Assembly: GCA_051047955.1 (NCBI GenBank) | Contig: JBPGPT010000020.1 | Coordinates: 248,001 to 312,000, forward strand | Direction of reading: 5' to 3' | Origin: Cystobasidiomycetes sp. EMM_F5 | Taxonomy: Eukaryota | Length of the DNA: 64,000 bases | Shown: positions 47,602 to 59,678 of the stretch, piece by piece | How the letters are laid out: each line of letters opens with the position of its first letter | Numbering within the stretch: position 1 is the stretch's first letter | Translations under genes and position numbers: made by a program | Notes under the pieces: model-generated | Databases searched by the model: none | The model's input: only the letters and a program-made list of their open reading frames with translations | What the model was told of the DNA's origin: nothing

Positions 47602-50600
47602 CTACGTTTGCATAGACTGCCACTTCGTGTCGAACCTCGTACTGAGAAAGATCTCTCCGTTTTGCGTTGTAGGCGCAGTCCACGATGTTGTTCTAGCGGG
47701 GACGAGGTTGGAAATCTAGGCGATAAATAGACTGTTAGCACAACAGAAGTTGCGGTGAGAAGACCTCGCGTACCAAATACCGCTTGCCTACAGAGAGCAT
47801 GCCCTCTTGCAGCTTTTGTGGATCTACCACGTTCAGTTGACATTCTCGATTGTTGCCTGCAGGCTTTTCGTGATAGTCTCGGACACGAACAATGCAGAAA
47901 CATCGTGCGACGCGCTGCGGGCACCGCGCCTACAAGACTGTCAGCGTGTAGCAACTCTCAAATCGCAAAAGTCAACTCACTTCGACTTCGCGGCGTAGCT
48001 CTTCTGCTGAGTCACTCTGCATAGCGTCACAGCGCCTCTGTGCGTACTCGTAAGTGTCCGACAATATGTCAGATGAGATGCCCTTCAGCAGATGCGCATG
48101 TTTCGAGAGGTCGGATTCGAGCAAGTTGAAGACATCGTTGAAATCTTTCAGGTTCGTCGCAGCGCTGCTCTCCAGCTTCACTTCGCCTTTTGCGGCGTGT
48201 TTTGCGCGGTATAGAGCTTCGCGCAGACGTGTCGTGATCTCGCCTAACCTCGCATGCGCGACTTTCTGTTCCTCCATGACGTCTATGCATACTTTCTGCC
48301 GTTCGTTCTGTAGCGCATCTACTCAGTCTGAAAGGCTGATCTCGCAGAGGGTTTGATCGTACCTCCCAATCTCTTTGCCGCTCCCTTTCCTCACTTTCAT
48401 TCCAAACATCCTGACTTGCACCTTCGACCCATTCTCCCTTGAATCCCAACGGAAAAGTCTTGGTGATGATGACGTCAATATACGGAACCAAGCCGCCATC
48501 GGGTAGCAGAGACCGAAAGGTGGACACGATGGGCCGCTTTTTCTGAAAACCCAGCTTGGCATACCAGCTTGCGCGAGCAGTGCTGTTGCCCGATATCGTA
48601 AGCGATGAAGAATCGTACGCCTCGAGTGGCTCCGCGCCGTCCGTGCTTCCTTCCAAACGAGCTCCTTGTATCTGTATCTTGGTACCCGAACGCAATCTGC
48701 CAAAGAACTCGGCACGGTACAGCACATCGTCAAGATTGGCCTTAATGCGATACCAGCCGTCGGATAGCTCGAGGCCGCAAGCAACAGGTGCCAACACGGG
48801 CTCTTCGCCTTCGGGTGCCCCTGGCTGAGGAGCAATCTGGCGCTGTTCGAAGAAGATCTGGCTGACTACCAAAGTCATGGGTCCGCCGGGGCCAGAATCC
48901 CGCTCTTGAATGCGCTTGATGCAAGAACGCTCCGCCAGGATATACTCACGCTCATACCTGTACTTGAGCTGTTCGCAGACTTTGCCAAAGTCCCACCAAT
49001 CCTGCCATTCCCTCGGCTTTGCCTTTGCAATGCCAGCAAGCTTCCAAACAATAAGTGTCCAGTGGTTATCAACCCAATCTCGTCGTATCTTGGAGCATTT
49101 GCCAAAGTTTAGCAATTCTTCGTAAGCGAAAGCTGACCCGAACTGGCCAAGGAATTTGTGCTTAGCAGCTTTCGGCAACGTCATAAAAATGATCTCGTTT
49201 GGTCTGATCGCACAACTCAGCATATCGTGCGTACCGTCGACCACACACTTCCACTCACAGACCACGATCGATAAGGTTATCGATGTGTATTCCGGGATTC
49301 AAGCCATACGTCTGCATATCCATGCGTTTCTTGCTTGCTGAAGTGATGGTCAGTGGGAGCTTCAGTAATACAGCAAACACGTACTGTATAGGTCGAAGAC
49401 AGATGCTTTCGACAGGTCCCGCTTGCTGCGATATGCTTGTGCAGAGTGAGCAGCGGTATTGATCTTGGCAAGAAGTGGAGACTGGCTCGAGCTAGACAAT
49501 GCCAATGTTTCTGCACGTAGCTGCTTCAGTGCAGCATCGGATGGGCGCATACCGTTCTTGAAAGGAGTTTTGAACTGGCCTCGTCCGGCCATGCCGTTGG
49601 CTCGCGCATTCGGCGTGTTTCGGGGCAGCATACTCAGATCTGCATCCAATCTGCGAAAGCGGCTGGCTGTGCTCGCAACGCCCGATGGGCCGTTAGCGAC
49701 GCGAATGGGTGTAGAAGGCGCTACTTTGACCGGGGTATCATTATGTTGTGCAGCCGGTCTAGGCATTCGAAATGGCTTATTCAGAATTTGCGGAATGATG
49801 CCAGTGACTTTGTGATTGTTCGCAATTGGGTTGGCCTGTGAACGCGTTGTTTGAGAAGTAGCAATTACAGTAGCAGTCCCTGCGCGAGTACTCAGGTTGT
49901 TACGGCCATTTGAGGCCGGAGTAGCAGGTGGCCCCATAACCTCGCTCGTCATATCTACATAGCTGCTGTCTGCACCTTCGCCTTCGCCGTGCTGTACGGC
50001 TTGACTGTCCGATTTCGTCGTGGTGTGTACCTTCTGCACAATTTGCTCGTCGTTTCCGCTTCTCGAGTCCAGACGAGCCAGTGCACGATCAAGGGCTTCT
50101 TTGGAGGGCATGCTGATTGGATTTCCCCTGCCAGACGTGAAGCCGACAGGAGTAGAGACTATAGGCAATGAGTCGAGATCCATCATTTCAATACCTTGAG
50201 CGTTCCTATCCATCAATCTTGCAACCCGTTCGACATCTTCGGCCGCCGGCATAGCAACACTCCTACCACTGCCAAGCGTGAAACCGCCAGTAGGCGAACT
50301 TTTGCTGTTGCTGGATCCCGGTATCGTTGTTTGTTCGTGGGCTATCGAATCCGCAGATGATGCCGGAGGAACGTCACGCATGCCAGCATCGAGGTTTGAG
50401 ACCGCGCGAGCAACGTCTTCTGCTGATGGCATGGCCACTTCACCACCGGCTCCTGTTGTGAAGCCTGAGAATGTGGACTGCGCGGCATTGGCAGTCTTGC
50501 CGGCTGTTGCAGCCATTTTTGCTGGCGTGTCGTCTAAGACTATACCGCTGTCATCGGCAGAAGTGAGCGGCGTGACAGGGTCATCCGATGAACCAGTGCC

Positions 50601-51623
50601 TCTGTCAAAGACTTCTGCTGTTCGATTGGCTAATAATGATTTCCCCCGTTTTGGTGCAAACCTGAGTGGGGCGATGATTGGTCTTCCAGCATCTGCTTCA
50701 TATTCTTGTTCAGCTCGCGGTGTTGTGCCCCTGAGAAGAAGGCTATTCTGAGTGGTTTTGGCAACAGGTGTCGCGATCAACGGTCGCGCTCCCCTCCCAC
50801 GCACAATGGTCGGCGTGTCGACCGTTGTCACCAATGTGGATCGGTTCTGCGCACTGCGAGAAGTTGCAGTCGCTGTTGCATCTGAGTCGACAGATGCTTC
50901 GTTCTTGCCTTGCATTTCGGCAGGACCTGGTGGAGAAGCCATCATCTGGCCAGCTTTTTGCAAAGCCAATTCAGAAGGTGGAGCCAGGACTGCTCCACGT
51001 CCGGAAGTGAAGCCTTTGACGGACAAATTTGGGTTACGTTGAGGTATGGAAGCATTGGCTGATTCACCTCCAATCTTATTTGACTGTTTTGACATGACCG
51101 GTTCCATGTCCTGGTCATGCTGGTTTGCGAATGAGGTAGAGGCTATAGTACGGTCGATGAATATGTTACGAGGCTCGGCTAAATGCCCGAGTCCATACTT
51201 GTCAGCGAGAATACGCTCTTCTTCAGCTATTCTGTTGTCCTCTTCCTCCTGCGACGAATTGCGCTGCTTCAACTGTGACTGCTGGCTTGGCGGATTGACG
51301 CGAGATGTGATCTCAGGATAAGCATTAGTTGTAGCTGCGTTTTGTAAGATGGTTGTTTCGGCATTGCCATATGACGATGCCACCCTTGTTGGCTGGCTGG
51401 GACTTAGATTCAGCAGAGCGGCCTCGTCCAGATCTTCAGGAAGCAGCCCTTCCCAGTCATCGTACTCTGCACTGAACTCGTCTGTATCATCAAATGATAA
51501 ATCTCCGCCATTCCTGTTCAAAACATGCTCTGTTGACGCTTCTGCCGCTTCCACTTCCGCAATCTTGCGTTTCCTGCCAGCGGTGGGGTCAGCACGACCG
51601 GGCAGCTGCAGGTAAGCTTGCAT
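47602..51623 (-). CDS. BRH2: BRCA2 orthologue Brh2 (4 BRC-like repeats, helical domain, OB1, tower, OB2)
   Basis: DNA-binding-domain motifs WVDNHWTLIVWKL, QLKYRYERE, ELSDGWYRIKA, SGNSTARASWYAKLGF and DGGLVP. BRC-like GF(T)xGxG repeats and FKTPFK. Last exon ISNL..IFLSTRFDTKWQ. Confidence 0.9.
50070..51014 (-). repeat. Four BRC-like peptide repeats within BRH2
   Basis: GFTSGRGAVLAPPSELALQKA, GFTTGAGGEVAMPSAEDVARA, GFTLGSGRSVAMPAAEDVERV, GFTSGRGNPISMPSKEALDRA. Confidence 0.8.
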
Positions 51624-51725
51624 GTTGGATGGACATAGCCTTCAGCATGCAGATATCGTGGTTGATGGTCAATTGGCAACATGTCAAATTACGAGTAAAC
51701 AACGTACGCGCGTAGGGGATGATCG

Positions 51726-53290
51726 ATGCCGGCAATGCAAAGACAAAGCAGATCACTCGCAGCTCTAGTACTCTGCACCAACGACGATGGGACATACATT
51801 GCAACTGAGTCTACGTGTGCAGCTGGCTGACGAGCTCGCTCAGCGACAGTCGTTTCCGTCTGACAATGCAGCCCCCACAAATTAGAAAGAAATGCTAACT
51901 TACCCATTCAACTCACGCACACGTCAGCATTGTCGGACACTTCCCTCGCTAAAGACCTCTTCAATCCCTCGCTCGCTTCCTGCAGGTTGGCTTCGATTCT
52001 TTCATCCGCTTGCTGCTGCGCATCAGACGAGACAATGCGCAGCAGCAAGCGGACCACTTAACAGCTGCTGGTGAAGCCATCCTGGATATATCGAAGCTGA
52101 TTGATTTGGCGGATTACGCTGAAGTGGGTCGCTTAATGCGTGAACTGACGGCGATCCAGAAGTTCTCAAGCTCACAGATCGCTTTGCCCCCTCTTTCCGC
52201 AAAATCATTAGGCAATTCTTCCTGCCTGTCGAAGATGCGTCTGACGGACCACTTCGCACATTGTATCTGGAATGGCTAGTCGAACAGGTCACTGAGAACG
52301 GAGAGCGACTAAACGTTGAGGAATGGGTCGATCCGCGCCGTAATCGTAACCGTAGCTGGACACCCTTTATCAAATCTATCGCTTCTGCTATGCCAACCGC
52401 ATCCATTCCATCCGGCGCGAGCGTGTCTCCCTTGCCTTATCCACAATCCTCGATGTCCTCAGCCACCGCGTGGTAGAAGATTTATCTGAAAACCGTCGCA
52501 AGGAACTCTGCGAAAGAACGGCCGCCTTCTTCTCCCCGCGCTTCATTCATCACGAGCCCTTTCCCCTAGACGCAAATCATCCTCTGTTCGGCATCGTTGC
52601 AAATGAACATCGTGCTCCATGGCTTCAAGCTATCAGGCCGGTGTACCGCCTCCTTGCATACATAATCACGCCGCTGAATTGCTCAATCCCGCTGTCGCTC
52701 AAATCCCCTGCACGTATTGCGACGGACTGAGCGTCTAGCGGACTACAATATGTGGCGAGTCGACGGGGACGTTCTAGAACGCACTGGCTACTCCGTCAAA
52801 ATCAAGGCCAACAAATACAAACGCCGCAAGGAAAAGCGTCAAATTCGAAGCAAAGCCCGTGTGCGGGACAGTGACCGGGTAGGAGCCGGAAATGCCGCAC
52901 GAAAACCTTCCAAGCAATGCTCCAAGGTCGTACGTGGCTGTCGGACGTGGCACTGGGCCGGCACAGAAGTTGCATGCGTCTGCCTCAGCTTGGGTGAGTC
53001 TTCGACGCATGCGCCATAAACCACGCTGACAATGCATACAGAAAACCTTCCAATACCTTGCTCGTAAGACTTGGACAGCTTGGGCGCCTGAAAAAGGTAC
53101 AAGCTATGTGGACAATCTTGGCTTGCCTGGAGCTCCTACAGGTCCGATACCTGCGCCTGCAATCCCGCCAGCGATGCCGAATCCACCGCCAATGCTCACT
53201 CAGCTGCAAGAGTATAGACCTGCTGCTTGTGAGAATCAATTCCATTCGTGAGTCATCGATTCGGGGTAGTGGCATATGCAGCCGCTGACG
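51726..53290 (+). other. Possible spliced hypothetical gene or decayed gene
   Basis: Protein-like segments lie in different frames (DRFAPSFRKIIRQFFLP..LYLEWLVEQ; LDTLYQIYRFCYANRIH..; YNMWRVDGDVLE; Pro-rich end), with some GT/AG candidates. No family recognised. Confidence 0.3.
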
Positions 53291-54163
53291 CTGTCACTCA
53301 ACAGTCGGCCCAAGCGTCAACCCTGGCTCGATCTCAGCACGCGGTGCCGATGCCGAGATTCTGCCATTTCCAGGCGATAAAAGTGAGCTCATACCCAAGC
53401 TGCCTTCTCTGTAATTGTCGCAACTGATGCATATTCGCGATCCTGCGCAAGGCCAGCAGCTTTACCAGCTACCGGAATGCATGTGCATATGCTATCCGGT
53501 AGAGGCTGGCAGCAAGCCAGTCATCGAAATCCTTCCTGCAGAACACCTACATTCTCCGACTTAAGCGCCAAAGCCGGACGAGATGGTTGCAACCCTGTTG
53601 CGCTCTATCGTCAGAAGCAAGGAGCAGGAGCAGCTCTTCACATCCCCACTGGAGGAGGTTGTAGCAAGGATTAGAGCACTCGTATGGAGGTTCGATGACG
53701 CGCGCGATCGTCATGCGTACCATCGCGTTCTCAACGTGTGCCTCGAAATCTGTTGATTCGAGCATATACAGACGTTGCTGGTGTCTGTAAACTTCTTACC
53801 AGTAATATACATAGTAACCCTTCTTTAATCTCATCCTGAGTGACCTGAGACTGTTGGTGTGAGCGGATGTACACCCACGAAGGCGGAATCTTTCACGCTT
53901 TGAGAGGCGTGGTAAGGCGTGTGTGAGGCCTTTGCGACATGCAGAGGGAAAAGTCAGCATTTCTATAGAGGTCACTGCCGGGATATATAGCTATTCAATA
54001 GGGTGGAGCAAGGCAGCGATGCGAGAAGATATCCTGTTGGTCGTCAGTCTCTTGCTCCTTTTCAATATCACAGTCCCGCTCGCGAATGGCGACCAGGACT
54101 TGGCTTTCGGTAGCGTTTGTGGAGATCTTGATCTTATTCTGACCGTCAGCGCAGTGAGTACGC

Positions 54164-55591
54164 ATGCCCATACCATGGTCACCACATCGCGTCAAGACGA
54201 GCTGCAAGCTTGGGATTCAGCGGATCCGTACGACTATCGGTCAGTATGACGATGATATGGCCAGCGACGGCATCTTAGGTCAAGCTCGCCGGAGCTGACA
54301 GCGGCAACATTCCTCACATCCTGACTGTCTGCAATGTGCCATACTGCATGACTTGCTAAATCGCTCTCTCTTGTTGGTTGTAACGACAGAAAAGAACGAG
54401 AGTCTGGCCAAGAAGTCGAGACGAGAAGTGGCCCTTTTGCTCGAGCAAGGCAAGATTGAGACTGCCAAGATACGCACAGAATCTCTCATACTTCAGGATG
54501 CGCACAACGAGCTGTAAGTGACGGCTGTCCTGCTTGGGAGGGCTTGATGTCCGACAAGCGGGTGTGGCGACGAGGTCTGGCTGGACGCTTCTGCTAGCAC
54601 TCCGCTGACGCATTATTTGTCTTCCCCTCATTTCTCTGCTCCGCTTCATCGATTCATCTCTGGCGTGTCCATGGCTCGCTCAAATGCGCCTTTAACGCAC
54701 TGACCGATGACCTATACGCACGCCGTCATTTGCACTTTCGATGAACCAGTCTGGAACTGCTCGAACTTTACTTGGAGTTGATACTTGCTCGCTTTGGACT
54801 GCTCGAGACCGCCTCTCCGTCAAGCAAAGAACCCGATGAGGGAGTGCGAGAAGCGATATGCGCGGTCGTATACTCGGCGCAACGAACGGAGATTCGCGAA
54901 CTACACGCTATACGCGAAGCTCTGATGCAGCGCTTCGGCAGAGATTGGGCTCTGAGCGTTATGGAAGGTGCATCCGGGGTATCCAACCGCATTACGAATA
55001 AGCTGTCTACAAAGACGCCAGACAACGACTGGGTTGACATGTACCTGTACGAGATTGCAAAAGCTTATCAAGTTGATTGGAAGCCGGAGGGCCTAGCGGA
55101 GTTGGAAACTACAATAAGCGACAAAGACGGCGAGAGCAGTACAGCTGCACAGGAGGAAAGGCTGCAGGAAGCTGCCTTAAGCACTCCACATACGTCCCAG
55201 CCTGCCGGACCGTCAGACGATAATGATGGCCCTTCGACGGCTCTACCAACCGCACCGTCTTCGATACCTTCACTAAAAGACGTTCGATCATCCACCTCGC
55301 ATGTTCCTATAGTGCACTCGCCTCCGACTGGACCCTCGGCATCTGACACTTCATTAGGCTCAACGACGACACTTCCTAGTATTCCTCCGACCGACCCCGA
55401 TGAGGCTTCCCATACAGTTATCATCAGGAGCAATTTAGGAACAACGGCGCCTCAGAGAAGCGCAGCAGTAAGCAAGTCGCAGGACAGCAAGTTTGACGTA
55501 AGTCGAGTGCGGAGACAAGGTATCTGGATACTGACAGAGGCGTCAAATCCAGGACCTGACAAAGCGATTCGAGGCACTCAAGCGGCGATGA
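54164..55591 (+). CDS. IST1: ESCRT-III associated Ist1 (Vps4 regulator)
   Basis: Spliced MPIPWSPHRVKTSCKLGIQRIRTTIE|KNESLAKKSRREVALLLEQGKIETAKIRTE. ELYLELILARFGLL (ELYC-like). C-terminal MIM1 FD|DLTKRFEALKRR*. Confidence 0.9.
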
Positions 55592-55721
55592 CCTTGTTTT
55601 TTCCCCATGTACACCGTCTCTACCTACAGAGTGTATCAACCAATGCTACATACGTACGCCCACTATCTTCAATTGTAGAGGTCCCTCCACCTGCTGACAA
55701 ACAACAATTGCGAGTGGGAAC

Positions 55722-56669
55722 CTAAATAAGATTGAAACGACGTCTTCTCATTCGATGATTGCTGGCTGGAGATCCAGCTTGAGAATCAGCTGATTTATAG
55801 CCGCATTCCGATGCTGCTGGCTGATCGTCTTGCGAAAGCGGGCTGCTCGGGGCTGATTGTACTTTGAGACGATGGTATCCTGGTGAGACCGATGTTACTG
55901 GGGAGACTTGCGCCTCTGATTCATCCGTAGCTGCGTAACATAAATCGGGCATGGGCTCCGACGAGCTCCGCACAGGCCTTGGCCGTGGGTGGCCATGTAG
56001 CGGAGAATCGCACAGATGATTATCCAGCTGATGCATGAGCGGTGTAGACTCAGTGCGGACCAGTATGCAGGATTGGGTATTGCATCCTCCCAATGCTGCG
56101 TGCTTCAGGCAGAAGCGGCTGAATAAGTTGCAGACAGATCTCCTGCAATGTGTAGCTGCACATTGGTGCGCAAAGCAATGAGGAGCCCAATCCACGTGTT
56201 CCTTTGAGCAACCTTGGACCGCACATGCGTGCTTTGAGCAGTATCCCCGTAATGGTTCAGATGAGAGCGGCTCGACAGCGAGAAGAAGGCACCCGCGATG
56301 GCTGCAAGAATGTAGATCGCAAAAGCTCCGGCAAGGCTCGCGTCTCCTGATGCACTCTAGTTCAGTGCAGGTATGTTGGGCGCAGAATAGTCCCCGCTTC
56401 TCTAGACGGAGTCGACCACAGGCTTGTTGGGCGCATCGATGGAGAACACAAGCTTCATCGCCTACAAACTCGACCGGTATCGGACATTTGATGCACCGTG
56501 CCAGGCTAGAAGAGGATGCAAGAGCATCCGCTGAGGCATCTGAGAGTGTCATGGGTATCAAGGGGACGACGGAGACAAGTGCAGACAGGTGTGGTGGTGG
56601 CGACTCGGGCCATTCGGCGGCCGTCTGACGGTGTGGTTTTCGTCTGATGTTGAGACTGTAGTCGGACAT
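55722..56669 (-). CDS. Hypothetical Cys/His-repeat (putative zinc-finger) protein A
   Basis: Intronless ORF with six CxxH units in a C-x4-C...C-x2-H-x-C periodicity and a Ser/Pro-rich tail. Start codon is uncertain. Confidence 0.6.
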   Translation of the reverse strand: MSDYSLNIRRKPHRQTAAEWPESPPPHLSALVSVVPLIPMTLSDASADALASSSSLARCIKCPIPVEFVGDEACVLHRCAQQACGRLRLEKRGLFCAQHTCTELECIRRREPCRSFCDLHSCSHRGCLLLAVEPLSSEPLRGYCSKHACAVQGCSKEHVDWAPHCFAHQCAATHCRRSVCNLFSRFCLKHAALGGCNTQSCILVRTESTPLMHQLDNHLCDSPLHGHPRPRPVRSSSEPMPDLCYAATDESEAQVSPVTSVSPGYHRLKVQSAPSSPLSQDDQPAASECGYKSADSQAGSPASNHRMRRRRFNLI

Positions 56670-57717
56670 GGTTGCAAGTATCCGGGAAGACGTGCAGCAA
56701 GACATGGAGCAAAAGAGTGCAATGTACAGAAGGAGAAGAAGAAAATGGCCTCAAGCCCCCTTAAAAGGAATAGATTGACAGTCATTGTCACTGTATCAGG
56801 GCGTCCAAAATGGCAATCGGATCCTTCACTACGCCCAACAACGCTCCGGGCGTCCTCCAAATGTCTTGCGTTTTCGCGTTGCGTGGTTCGCATCGCTTTC
56901 TGTCGCCTTAAGGGTTTCGGTGAGAACCCTGCAGGTCGCGCGTTCACTAAGAGCTTTCGGTGAGCGTGTATTTCGGTTCTACCCGTAACCATGTTCGCTG
57001 ACGCGAAAAACAGGGCGTTGGGATCTAGTCAAGGCTGCTGTGTCTGTACATGTGGACTCATGACGTGTTCATTTATACGACAAGGCTTCTAGACGATTCG
57101 ACCAGATGTACGGTTTGGTCTTCATAAGCATTGTCACTGCTGCCCGGTTGGGGGTTTTTCACATGCTATGCACTGATGCTGCACTTGCTACGGGTCTCTG
57201 CGGAGTTGCATGTACCTGGCCCACGTTGCGAACCGTCAAGATGGTAATGGGATCAAACGCAGATGGATCCCATTGCAGACAGAGCGTGGAAGCCATATAG
57301 ACGCAAACGTAGAGTTTGCATGCATTGCATATTGTGTCTCTTCAACTATGGCTACAGTGCATTTTATCACATTTAGACAACGGAAACGAATATAAGATGT
57401 ATTCAGGCCCAGCCACCGGAGTATGGCAGGCGCTGCGTCCTTGAGGAGTGAGACAGTGTTTGCGACGGTGTCTCGTGAAGCCGATTTGCAAGTGTAATGT
57501 AATGTAGTATAGGAGTGCGCTGTGGCTGACACGACGCTAGCGATGTCACCTTTCCGTACGCCGTAGTTCTAAACGGACGGCTGAGTTGCGATTTGAAGGA
57601 GAAGTTGATGATACGGTGACCATGTCCAGCTGATAATGAAGATTGTCGACATCCGCATCGATACGCAGGTGCTTGCGAGTGTAGGACTGATCGCGCCGCT
57701 GGCCATAATCTGCAATG

Positions 57718-58239
57718 TCACGGGAGATAGCGAGTCGTAAGCCATGATGAACTCGGCCGCTTTGAAAAACTTTGCGTACCTCTACCGCTATGATATGTGC
57801 AACATTTGCCCCAATCCATCCTCTGGTTGCTGCATCCACTCTTGCTGCAAGCGTGAGTTGGGCAGTAAGGAGAATTCTGCTCTGTATCTACTGCATGCAC
57901 ACAATTCTTGACTCTACACTGATGTTGTTGGCAGAAGAGTCTGCAGGGCTGGCGGACGGTGCTGCAGCCACGGATGCGGCACGCGTGTTCTGTGCAGAAA
58001 GAGCTATCTTCAAGGCGAAGTTGGCTGCATCCAGGAGCGGCACAACCGTGAAAGATACAGCCCATATCGAGAGAATTGTCCACGGGCAGCGAGCAGACAC
58101 CACAAAAGTGTTGACGGGATGTAGAAGCGAAAGCCATTGTCGGCAATGGGACTTGTGACAGTAGGCGTTCTAGCGTAGCACAGGCTTTGGCGTTGTTCAG
58201 GGTAGACTTTTCAATCGTTGGAAGTCCGGGCGCTGTCAT
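57718..58239 (-). CDS. Hypothetical Cys/His-repeat (putative zinc-finger) protein B, paralogue of A
   Basis: Five CxxH units colinear with protein A (shared LRLE, R[EQ]PCRxFC, YCxxHACxxxGCS, DW). Start may be 58137. Confidence 0.6.
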   Translation of the reverse strand: MTAPGLPTIEKSTLNNAKACATLERLLSQVPLPTMAFASTSRQHFCGVCSLPVDNSLDMGCIFHGCAAPGCSQLRLEDSSFCTEHACRIRGCSTVRQPCRLFCQQHQCRVKNCVHAVDTEQNSPYCPTHACSKSGCSNQRMDWGKCCTYHSGRGTQSFSKRPSSSWLTTRYLP

Positions 58240-58731
58240 AGGACTCGAGGAGCTAAGAGTCTTGCGGAGAGCGTACGCGATGTTTGGAGTAATGTGGCCA
58301 AACACCGACTGTGGCAGAACTTTGCGGCTTGTCGCGAAGGGATTCTGTAGCAGTTACTTGGATGTGGGAAAGGAGAGGAAAAGAGGAGCGAAGAGCTTTG
58401 CAATTTGAAAGCCGCGTCATGTCGCAGCGGCAGCGTCCTCCAGGCACTTCCAGGCGTCCGGGCGTAGGAGGCCGCCCAATCGAGCTGAAGGACCTCTGTC
58501 GTTGGCCGGGCAAACAGGCAACCACTTCCCCTACAAGAACCGTTGGCTCGAATGAAGTCATATCGCTGTAAAACGGGTTGAACGCCGTTGCGCTGGCAGT
58601 CCGCCTCACTTTTTGGCGGGCGGCCTCTTTCCAGAGTCAACGTTTCTCGACGCCCGGTTGCGCTGTGGGCTGTCATGTTGAACGGGCGGTTGGCTGTCTG
58701 CCTTCTGTGTGCTCACAACTCTCAGCCTCGT

Positions 58732-58767
58732 CTGCACTTTTGGCTGCCTTTTTGGCTGCACTTTTGG
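58732..58767. repeat. 3 x 12-bp tandem repeat
   Basis: ctgcacttttgg ctgcctttttgg ctgcacttttgg. Confidence 0.7.
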
Positions 58768-59034
58768 CGTCAGAGTTGGACATCAGGGTGCATTGAAAGG
58801 GCAGCATACCGCTGTCAACGCCGACTCCGCGAGTTCTTATCACGCGAAAGTCAGCTGCAGCGTCGCTCCAGTAGAGGTGCCGGCGTCGTCAGCGGTGGTC
58901 GTCAGAAGATGGCCGGGCGTCGCATAAAATGTAGCTCGCTTTTCTTTTGGCCTTTGTACATCAGCCTGAACGCGACAAGAGCAGTGACATCCATCGTGCG
59001 GGAAGACTGTTGCAGGCGCAAGGCCCGCTGTAAA

Positions 59035-59678
59035 ATGTCTGCCGCTGTGTCGACCGCTGCAGCTGTCAGTGCAGCGACACCAAACTCGGATGCGGAGTCA
59101 GCCAGGCCCCGTCAGCCAGATGCAAGCAAGACCGTCAGCATCACAGTCGAGTTTGGGTCAGTCTAGCGGTCTTTGTGCACATTAGCCAGAGTTCGTATGG
59201 TCTGATGTCGGATATCTCGTCGAAACAGCGGCGGAATGGAAGTCCTCTTCGACTACAAGCGGACACACAAGCTGAACCTTCCCATACCCGTTCCGACTAA
59301 CGACGAAGACGCTCGCTCGTCACCTGGCCCCGTTGCTGACATCCGCTACCTCATTGGCTACCTCCGCAAACATCTCCTCACTGATCAAAACCGCCCGGAA
59401 CTGTTTGTACAGGGCGAGACTGTGTGCGTGCTGCTTTGGTTGTGGGGAAGGCCGTATGCGAATGCTAATACTCTCCCCTTGCTCTCCACAGCCGGCCTGG
59501 GATTCTCGTACTCATCAACGATACAGACTGGGAGCTCGAAGGTGGCCTGGACTATGCAATCCAGCCAAGAGACAATATAATGTTCATTTCCAGTACGTCT
59601 ACTTGCTACAGATGACCTTAAGTGTCTAATTGTGGTTGATGTCTGTATTTTTCACATTCAGCGCTGCACGGTGGATAG
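59035..59678 (+). CDS. URM1: Ubiquitin-related modifier 1
   Basis: Spliced [52 protein letters not shown]. Confidence 0.93.

Noticed and set aside
48069..49265. 398-aa ORF read as a separate gene
   Set aside because: It is an internal BRH2 exon with intron read-through at both ends.
54245..54330. C/D-box-like motifs (ATGACGA ... CTGA ... CTGA) in IST1 intron 1
   Set aside because: The C box is imperfect and abuts the donor site, and I could not identify a convincing rRNA-complementary guide.
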